In this document: positions 57,760-64,000 of the stretch, piece by piece | Numbering within the stretch: the stretch's first letter is position 1 | Layout of the letters: every line of letters starts with the position of its first letter | Source of the DNA: Patescibacteria group bacterium | Lineage (GTDB): Bacteria; Patescibacteriota; Microgenomatia; UBA8517 | Reading direction: 5' to 3' | Length of the DNA stretch: 64,000 nt | Assembly: GCA_038062915.1 (NCBI GenBank) | Contig: JBBTWD010000016.1 | Coordinates: 27,522 to 91,521 of the forward strand | Notes under the pieces: generated by a model | What the model saw: only the letters and a program-made list of their open reading frames with translations | Databases searched by the model: none | Told to the model about the DNA's origin: nothing | Program-made: the position numbers and the translations under genes

Positions 57760-59039
57760 TTCAATCTATTGCCCATTTCTTTTTAAAAGTAGTAAAGTCC
57801 CCCTCTATTAGGAGAAAACTGTTTATTACTGGAATAATTTTGATGGTTTTTCGCTTGGCGGCCCATATCCCAGCTGCGGGGATAGATAGAACTACACTTT
57901 CAGCGCTTTTTGCAGGAAGCCCGCTTCTATCACTACTCGATGTTTTTTCTGGGGGAACACTGGCCAATTTTTCTGTACTAGCATTGGGTCTAAACCCTTA
58001 TATTAATGCTTCTATTATTTTTCAACTTTTAGGCTACGTAGTTCCAAGTATTGAAGCGCTTCAAAAAGAGGGAGAGTATGGTCAGGAAAAAATAAATCAA
58101 TACACAAGACTTTTAAGTGTCCCCTTGGCGGCACTTCAAGCGTTTGGAATGTATGCTCTCCTTAAGGGTCAGAATATCATTCCAAATTTATCAACAATTT
58201 CACTCATTTCTTTGATTTTGACAATGGTTGCGGGTACCGTTTTTGCCGTTTGGTTGGGAGAGTTGATCACAGAGTATGGATTTAAAAATGGGATATCCAT
58301 CCTAATATTTACGGGGATAGTAGCAAGGCTCCCCGTTACCCTTGGGCAATCTGCTAGTATCATCGGGTCGGCAGATGTAATTAAGGTGGTTATATTTTTG
58401 GTTGCAGCCATAATCGTTGTGGGGCTAATTGTTTTTATGGGTGAAGCAGCTCGCCAAATCCCCATTCAATATGCCAGAAAGAGAACTGCTGGTGGCCTTC
58501 CATCTTCTTCTTATTTGCCTTTAAGATTAAACCAGGCAGGAGTGATACCAATTATATTTGCGGTATCTTTGGTTTTACTACCATCACTTTTGGGCCAATT
58601 TTTGGGAAATTCAGCCAATCCTAATATTGCAAATTTTGCTAGAGGTATTAGTACTGCATTTGATCCCCAAGGAGTTGTCTATAATCTTATATATTTCCTT
58701 TTGGTTTTTGGTTTCACATACTTCTATACTGCTATAGTTTTTAATCCAGATAAAATATCTGAAAATTTACAAAAAGGAGGTGGATTTGTTCCTGGAATCC
58801 GGCCGGGTCCCGAAACTGCTAAATATCTTTCTTTCGTGTTATCTAGAATTACTGTGGTTGGAGGGGTATTTTTGGGGCTTGTTGCGGTTTTGCCATCATT
58901 TTTCCAGAATTTTATTGGTGTAGCTAATTTAGCAATAGGAGGGACTGGGATTTTGATTGTGGTTTCTGTGGTTCTTGAGATGATTCGGGAAATGGAAGGT
59001 GAACTTGTTATGGGTAGCTACGACAAGTTAATTAGATGA
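57756..59039 (+). CDS. secY: preprotein translocase subunit SecY
   Basis: 427 aa with 10 TM segments. Confidence 0.95.
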   Translation: MIQSIAHFFLKVVKSPSIRRKLFITGIILMVFRLAAHIPAAGIDRTTLSALFAGSPLLSLLDVFSGGTLANFSVLALGLNPYINASIIFQLLGYVVPSIEALQKEGEYGQEKINQYTRLLSVPLAALQAFGMYALLKGQNIIPNLSTISLISLILTMVAGTVFAVWLGELITEYGFKNGISILIFTGIVARLPVTLGQSASIIGSADVIKVVIFLVAAIIVVGLIVFMGEAARQIPIQYARKRTAGGLPSSSYLPLRLNQAGVIPIIFAVSLVLLPSLLGQFLGNSANPNIANFARGISTAFDPQGVVYNLIYFLLVFGFTYFYTAIVFNPDKISENLQKGGGFVPGIRPGPETAKYLSFVLSRITVVGGVFLGLVAVLPSFFQNFIGVANLAIGGTGILIVVSVVLEMIREMEGELVMGSYDKLIR

Positions 59040-59587
59040 ACTTATTGATATTAGGCCCCCAAGGATCGGGTAAAGGAACGCAAGCTAAAATATTAGTAGA
59101 GAAATTTGGTTTTTTTTATCTGGAATCTGGTGAATTTTTGAGAGAAATTGCAGTAAGTAATGATGTCTTAAAAAAAATGATGGATGAGGGACTGTTTGTT
59201 CCAGATAATGAAATGGTTTCCTATATTACGGCCTTCTTAGATTCAAAGGGAATTTATGGCAATATACTTTTCGACGGTTTTCCAAGAAATATTGAGCAGT
59301 ATAAATTTCTTAAAAATTGGCTAAATGATAAACAAGTAGTGATTGATCTTGTTTTAGTCTTAAAAATAGACGAAGAAGAGTCGGTCGAAAGGTTAATTTT
59401 AAGAGGGAGAGAAGATGACAATCTAGACTCAATTAAAAAAAGGCTATCTCTTTATACTCAAAAAACTGAAATTTTAATTCAAGAATTAAAGAAAGAAATT
59501 AAAGTGGTTGAAGTTGATGGAGAAAGATCGGTTGAAGCGATTTCTGGTGATTTAATTAAGATTATCAATGATATCAATCAAAACTGA
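59036..59587 (+). CDS. adk: adenylate kinase
   Basis: GPQGSGKGTQ P-loop. 183 aa. Confidence 0.9.
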   Translation: MNLLILGPQGSGKGTQAKILVEKFGFFYLESGEFLREIAVSNDVLKKMMDEGLFVPDNEMVSYITAFLDSKGIYGNILFDGFPRNIEQYKFLKNWLNDKQVVIDLVLVLKIDEEESVERLILRGREDDNLDSIKKRLSLYTQKTEILIQELKKEIKVVEVDGERSVEAISGDLIKIINDINQN

Positions 59588-60338
59588 CGAAGAAATAAAA
59601 ATCATGGCCGAGGGTGGGGCTATACTTGCTCGTGTCAAAACCAAACTCGGCAATACCATAAAAGAAGGAGTAACTGCGATGGAAATTGAGAAATTGGCGA
59701 ATAAGCTGATTTCAGACGAAGGTGCCGAGGCTTCTTTCAAAAAGGTTCCGGGATATCATTGGGCAACGTGTATCAATGTTAATGAAGGTTTGGTCCATGG
59801 CATACCCAATCCAAGTGTCGTTTTTAAAAAAGGTGATTTAGTAAGCGTGGATGTTGGACTTTTTTTTAAAGGTTTTCATACTGATACCTCAATCTCGGTT
59901 GGAATCGATCTGTCAGATGATAGTAAAAAGTTTTTAGAGGTGGGCAAAAAGGCACTAAAAGAGGCAATTGCTAAAGCAAGAGTGGGTAATCATATTTATG
60001 ATATTTCAGAAAGGATAGAGAAAATAGTAACTGAAGCAGGGTATTGTCCTATTAGAGCTTTAGTGGGGCACGGAGTGGGAAGAGAGTTGCATGAAGAGCC
60101 ACAGATTCCATGTTTCCTGCCTGCCGGCAGGCATGGCCTGCCTGGTAAGATCGAAGAAAGTCCAGAGATTGTTGAGGGGATGATTTTAGCTATTGAGGTC
60201 ATGTATGCTTTGGGAAGCGATAAAGTACATATTTTAGAAGACGGGTGGACAATAGCCATGCGTGATGATAAAATATCAGCACTTTTCGAGGAGACTGTCG
60301 CTGTTACCCTAAAGGGTCCTAAAGTATTGACGGTCTAG
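59568..60338 (+). CDS. map: methionine aminopeptidase type I
   Basis: Pita-bread fold motifs. Confidence 0.9.
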   Translation: MISIKTDEEIKIMAEGGAILARVKTKLGNTIKEGVTAMEIEKLANKLISDEGAEASFKKVPGYHWATCINVNEGLVHGIPNPSVVFKKGDLVSVDVGLFFKGFHTDTSISVGIDLSDDSKKFLEVGKKALKEAIAKARVGNHIYDISERIEKIVTEAGYCPIRALVGHGVGRELHEEPQIPCFLPAGRHGLPGKIEESPEIVEGMILAIEVMYALGSDKVHILEDGWTIAMRDDKISALFEETVAVTLKGPKVLTV

Positions 60339-60352
60339 TCGCCGTTTTTTGT

Positions 60353-60568
60353 ATGAAGCAAAATATTGTTACAGAGATTGACGGGGTTATTACCCAGGCA
60401 TTACCTAACACAATGTTTAGAGTGGAACTGACTGACGGTAGATTAATCTTAGCTACTCTTAAAGGTAAGATGAGAAAGGCTTATGTTAGGATTTTTCCAG
60501 GAGATAAAATCAAGATCGAAATGACACCGTACGACGAAGATAGAGGAAGAATAGTATTTAAGTATTAA
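60353..60568 (+). CDS. infA: translation initiation factor IF-1
   Basis: 71 aa S1-like. Confidence 0.9.
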   Translation: MKQNIVTEIDGVITQALPNTMFRVELTDGRLILATLKGKMRKAYVRIFPGDKIKIEMTPYDEDRGRIVFKY

Positions 60569-60619
60569 AATGAATTATAAGCATAGCTTAGCAAAATATT
60601 ATTATAAGAAAGGAATTTT

Positions 60620-60733
60620 GTGAAAGTTTCAAGTTCAATAAAACCAAGGTGTAAAGACTGTAAATATGTCAAAAGAGGTGGGGTTTTATATATCATTTGT
60701 AGAAACCCCAGGCATAAACAGCGTCAAGGATAA
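60620..60733 (+). CDS. rpmJ: 50S ribosomal protein L36 (GTG start; below ORF-track threshold)
   Basis: (M)[36 protein letters not shown]. Confidence 0.8.
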   Translation: MKVSSSIKPRCKDCKYVKRGGVLYIICRNPRHKQRQG

Positions 60734-60741
60734 TTTAAATT

Positions 60742-61155
60742 ATGTCAAGAATTGTAGGAGTTGAATTACAAGATAATTGGAAAGTAGATTTTGCTCTAAC
60801 GAGAATTAAGGGTATTGGTTGGAGCTTGGCTAAAAAACTGATAGAAGAAGCCAAGATTGATAGCAGTAAGAGGGTTTCTGATTTAACTGCAGATGATGTC
60901 GCTAAGATTTCTAGCTTACTTGAAAAGCATCCAACAGAGGGAGAGCTTTTTAGAGTAGTTAGGGGGAACATTCAAAGACTTCAAGCGATTGGATCATATA
61001 GGGGTTTGAGGCACACAAAGAATCTGCCAGCACGAGGACAAAGGACTAAAACAAATGCGCGCACAAAAAGGGGTAAAAGAAAGACAGTAGGAGCGTTCAA
61101 AAAAGAAGTTTTAAGTAAGATGCAGACGGGAGAGAAAACAGATGCTAAAAAGTAA
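60742..61155 (+). CDS. rpsM: 30S ribosomal protein S13
   Basis: 137 aa S13. Confidence 0.95.
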   Translation: MSRIVGVELQDNWKVDFALTRIKGIGWSLAKKLIEEAKIDSSKRVSDLTADDVAKISSLLEKHPTEGELFRVVRGNIQRLQAIGSYRGLRHTKNLPARGQRTKTNARTKRGKRKTVGAFKKEVLSKMQTGEKTDAKK

Positions 61156-61528
61156 GACAAAAAATACAATCAAAAAAGAAGTTAGTCTTGCAAAAGTTTA
61201 TATTGCCGCATCTTTTAACAATACTCTTATAACCGTAGTAGATGAGTTGGGTAATACTCTAGCTTGGGGATCGTCAGGGGCGTCTGGGTTTAAAGGAACC
61301 AGGAAGGCTACCCCATATGCGGCAACCACAGCAGTTGAGACAACAATCAAAAAAGTGATTAATGAAATTGGGGTAAAGGAAGTTGAGATTTATGTTAAAG
61401 GGCCAGGATCGGGTAGAGATGCCGCGCTTCGAGCTATCAGGTCATCTGGAGTCACAATCTCGCTTATTGCTGATGTTACACCTGTTCCACATAATGGCCC
61501 AAGGCCAAAAAAGAAAAGGAGAGCATAA
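61142..61528 (+). CDS. rpsK: 30S ribosomal protein S11
   Basis: 128 aa S11. Confidence 0.95.
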   Translation: MLKSKTKNTIKKEVSLAKVYIAASFNNTLITVVDELGNTLAWGSSGASGFKGTRKATPYAATTAVETTIKKVINEIGVKEVEIYVKGPGSGRDAALRAIRSSGVTISLIADVTPVPHNGPRPKKKRRA

Positions 61529-61553
61529 GCGAAGCTTAAGACTTTGTCAAAAA

Positions 61554-62150
61554 ATGAGATACACAGGACCAAAAGATAGATTAAGTCGACGAGAAGGAGT
61601 TGATTTATTTGGTCGTGGATCAAAATTGACCCGTCTTAATATTCCACCTGGGGTTCATGGCCCTAAAGGTACCCGTGGATCTTCCCAGTATGGTCGCCAG
61701 TTAAGGGAAAAACAGAAGGTTAAAAGAATCTATGGAGTAATGGAGGCGCAATTTAGAAGATATATAGATTCAGCTTTTAAGGTAAAGGGGAATACGGGAG
61801 AGGCTATTCTTTCAAGTTTAGAAAGACGTCTTGACAATGTTGTTTATCGTCTCGGTTTTAGCCCAACAAGAGCATCGGCAAGACAGATTGTTTCTCACGG
61901 ACACGCTGTGGTAAATGGGAAAAAAGTGAACATACCATCGTATCAGGTGAATATTTCTGATACAATCTCCATTGATTCTAAAGCTTTATCAGTTCCTGAA
62001 GTCAAGAAAAGTTTGGAAGATAAGGACATAAAGATTCCAGAATGGTTGGAAAAAAAGGCTGCAGTTGGTAAGATTAAGCGCTTGCCTAGGCGTGAAGATG
62101 TGTCAGAACCAGTTAGTGAACAAGATATAGTTGAGTTTTACAGCAGATAG
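61554..62150 (+). CDS. rpsD: 30S ribosomal protein S4
   Basis: Start at MRYTGPKDRLSRREG, an internal Met of the track ORF. Confidence 0.9.
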   Translation: MRYTGPKDRLSRREGVDLFGRGSKLTRLNIPPGVHGPKGTRGSSQYGRQLREKQKVKRIYGVMEAQFRRYIDSAFKVKGNTGEAILSSLERRLDNVVYRLGFSPTRASARQIVSHGHAVVNGKKVNIPSYQVNISDTISIDSKALSVPEVKKSLEDKDIKIPEWLEKKAAVGKIKRLPRREDVSEPVSEQDIVEFYSR

Positions 62151-62165
62151 TTATAAAATACCCGA

Positions 62166-63083
62166 ATGCACGACCCAATGTTCGAAATTAAAGAAGAAAC
62201 CTTGAAGGGCGGATATGGAAAATTTGTCATTTCCCCACTCGCTCAAGGTTATGGGCTTACGTTGGGTAACTCTTTAAGACGAGTTCTTTTAACCTCTTTA
62301 CCTGGACTAGCGGTTACTTCAGTCAAAATCAACGGAGTGAAGCATCAATTCTCAAGCCTCGTGGGTATGAAAGAGGATGTGGTTGAATTTATTTTAAACT
62401 TAAAAAAAGTTAGATTTTCTTCCCAAACAGATGGCCCCATAAAGGCAAGTCTGGATGTAAGTAAAGCGGGACAAGTTACTGCGGGTGACATTAAAGTTGG
62501 GGCGGGAACTAAGGTCATAAACCCAGATTTAATTTTGTCTACCCTAAATAAAGGCATCAAACTTTCTGCCGAAATCACAATCGAAATTGGAGTAGGTTAT
62601 TCACCAGCAGAGGAAAGGTCAGTTAGCGTTGTAGGATTAATCCCAGTTGATGCATCTTTCTCACCGGTTAAAAGAGTTAGTTATAAAATTGAGGAAACTC
62701 GTGTCGGGCGGCTTACTAATTATGACAAACTAATTTTAGAACTTTGGACCGATGAGGCTTCCTCGCCCAAAGAGGCAATGGTTACAGCTTCAAAGATTTT
62801 AGTTTCTTACTTTAGTCAGATAGTAAACCCAAAGAAGGTCGACAAGCCAAAAGCAGTTAAAGAAACTGATTTGGGACCCGTTGGAAAGCTTTCGGTTGAG
62901 GAAATAGGGCTCCCCACAAGAGTAGCTAATGCATTAATTAAAGCGGGATATGAAACAGTTGAGGGCGTTGTTAATGCTAAAAAGGCCGATTTGGTCAAAG
63001 TAAGAAACTTGGGTGAAAAATCATTAAAGATTGTAGCTGCTGCACTGGGACAAAAAGGAGTAGAGTTTCTCCAACATGAATAA
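62166..63083 (+). CDS. rpoA: DNA-directed RNA polymerase subunit alpha
   Basis: 305 aa with N-terminal domain and alpha-CTD. Confidence 0.9.
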   Translation: MHDPMFEIKEETLKGGYGKFVISPLAQGYGLTLGNSLRRVLLTSLPGLAVTSVKINGVKHQFSSLVGMKEDVVEFILNLKKVRFSSQTDGPIKASLDVSKAGQVTAGDIKVGAGTKVINPDLILSTLNKGIKLSAEITIEIGVGYSPAEERSVSVVGLIPVDASFSPVKRVSYKIEETRVGRLTNYDKLILELWTDEASSPKEAMVTASKILVSYFSQIVNPKKVDKPKAVKETDLGPVGKLSVEEIGLPTRVANALIKAGYETVEGVVNAKKADLVKVRNLGEKSLKIVAAALGQKGVEFLQHE

Positions 63084-63453
63084 AAGGGTTTATGGCAAAA
63101 AACTTTCAAGAAGTAGACCTGCCAGGGAAGCGCTTTTTGCTTCCCTCATTAGTTCTCTGATAATTAGGGGGAAAATAACAACTACAAAAGCGAAAGTTCA
63201 AGCTATTAAAGGCCAAATTGGGAAATATTTGAGTTTAGCCAAAAAGGGAACTCTGGACGGCCGGCGCCGAGTTTTAGCCGACCTAGATAATAGCAAGGAA
63301 CCAGTAAAGGTCTTGTTTTCCAAAAAATTTAAACATTTGAAAATTATAAATTTACCAGCTAGAAAAGGAGACAATGCTTCCATGGCAAGAATTGAATTAG
63401 TAGAAGAAGAAACAAAAAATGAAAACCTACCAACCAAAAGCAAAAGAAGTTAA
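63076..63453 (+). CDS. rplQ: 50S ribosomal protein L17
   Basis: 125 aa L17. Confidence 0.9.
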   Translation: MNKRVYGKKLSRSRPAREALFASLISSLIIRGKITTTKAKVQAIKGQIGKYLSLAKKGTLDGRRRVLADLDNSKEPVKVLFSKKFKHLKIINLPARKGDNASMARIELVEEETKNENLPTKSKRS

Positions 63454-63829
63454 AAGAAATTGGCATTTAATTGACGCAAAAGGCCAAGTATTAGGTAGAC
63501 TTTCCACTAAAATATCTGGGCTTTTGATGGGTAAAGGTAAAACCAATTATTCGACCCATATGGACATGGGCGACTTTGTTGTTGTTTTAAATTCAGAGAA
63601 TATAGAGGTTACAGGAAAGAAAAGTTCACAAAAAGTCTATAGAAGGCATTCTGGGTATCCTAACGGACTTAAAGAAGAATCATATAAAAAAATCTTAGAA
63701 AATCATCCAGAGCGAATAATTACACATGCAGTTAACGGAATGCTCCCAGATAATCGCTTAAAAAATGAAAGATTAAAGAGGTTAAAGGTTGTTATCGGAA
63801 GTAAAAATCCATATGAAAGTAAATTCTAA
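63419..63829 (+). CDS. rplM: 50S ribosomal protein L13
   Basis: 136 aa L13. Confidence 0.9.
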   Translation: MKTYQPKAKEVKRNWHLIDAKGQVLGRLSTKISGLLMGKGKTNYSTHMDMGDFVVVLNSENIEVTGKKSSQKVYRRHSGYPNGLKEESYKKILENHPERIITHAVNGMLPDNRLKNERLKRLKVVIGSKNPYESKF

Positions 63830-64000
63830 GAACTATACATACGCAATAGGAAGAAGAAAAGAGTCTAGTGCTCGAGTTAGGCTTTTTAAAGGTAAAGGAG
63901 AAAATCAAATTAATTCTAAACCTGCTAATGAGTACTTTCAACAAGAAGTGGCCAAAAAAGTTTTAGGTAAACCTTTTGAGGTTACAGAAACTTCTGATAA
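63813..64000 (+). CDS. rpsI: 30S ribosomal protein S9, 5' part (continues past window end)
   Basis: MKVNSKNYTYAIGRRKESSARVRLF... Confidence 0.85.
   Translation, partial: MKVNSKNYTYAIGRRKESSARVRLFKGKGENQINSKPANEYFQQEVAKKVLGKPFEVTETSD

Noticed and set aside
1-64000. tRNA, rRNA or CRISPR arrays
   Set aside because: No spacer shows cloverleaf-compatible tRNA-like sequence of 70-90 nt, no regularly spaced direct repeats were found, and non-coding spacers are short throughout

Overview
This is an AT-rich bacterial window whose gene order and protein features suggest a Candidate Phyla Radiation (CPR, Microgenomates/Parcubacteria-like) organism. Supporting signs are tuf directly followed by rpsJ, no rpmD between rpsE and rplO, a minimal IF-2, a short AlaRS and generally compact core proteins. 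TGA is used as an ordinary stop codon (for example at the end of rpmC), so the standard bacterial code applies. About two thirds of the window is conserved core machinery. On the minus strand this is rpsT, and on the plus strand murJ, hrcA-grpE-dnaK-dnaJ, nusA-infB-rpsO-pnp, def, rnj, ftsK, alaS, ruvX, mltG, rpoB-rpoC-rpsL-rpsG-fusA-tuf, and an almost complete S10/spc/alpha ribosomal cluster with secY-adk-map-infA-rpmJ-rpsM-rpsK-rpsD-rpoA-rplQ-rplM-rpsI. The accessory content is more interesting. (1) The first 8.5 kb is one minus-strand surface locus. It has three GT-C (PMT/DUF2723-like) membrane glycosyltransferases, three membrane-anchored cysteine-rich proteins with Thr/Ser/Ala/Pro-rich linkers, an FN3-domain protein ending in an IPQTG-like sorting signal, a perfect 32-bp tandem repeat duplicating a start-codon region, and pilN/pilO-like genes transcribed behind rpsT. 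(2) The dnaK-dnaJ spacer is a junk island holding a dnaJ 5' fragment, hicB and a hicA remnant. (3) A Fic protein and a Lon-derived AAA+ module lacking the protease domain lie near def. (4) A PilM/FtsA-like membrane fusion protein and a sortase are inserted between alaS and ruvX. (5) A Phd/YefM-PIN toxin-antitoxin pair sits antisense inside the str operon between rpsG and fusA. (6) Near-consensus sigma70-type promoters and leader hairpins, including an attenuator-like structure, occupy the fusA-tuf and rpsJ-rplC spacers, along with a recurrent palindromic intergenic 14-mer. No tRNA, rRNA or CRISPR array was recognised.
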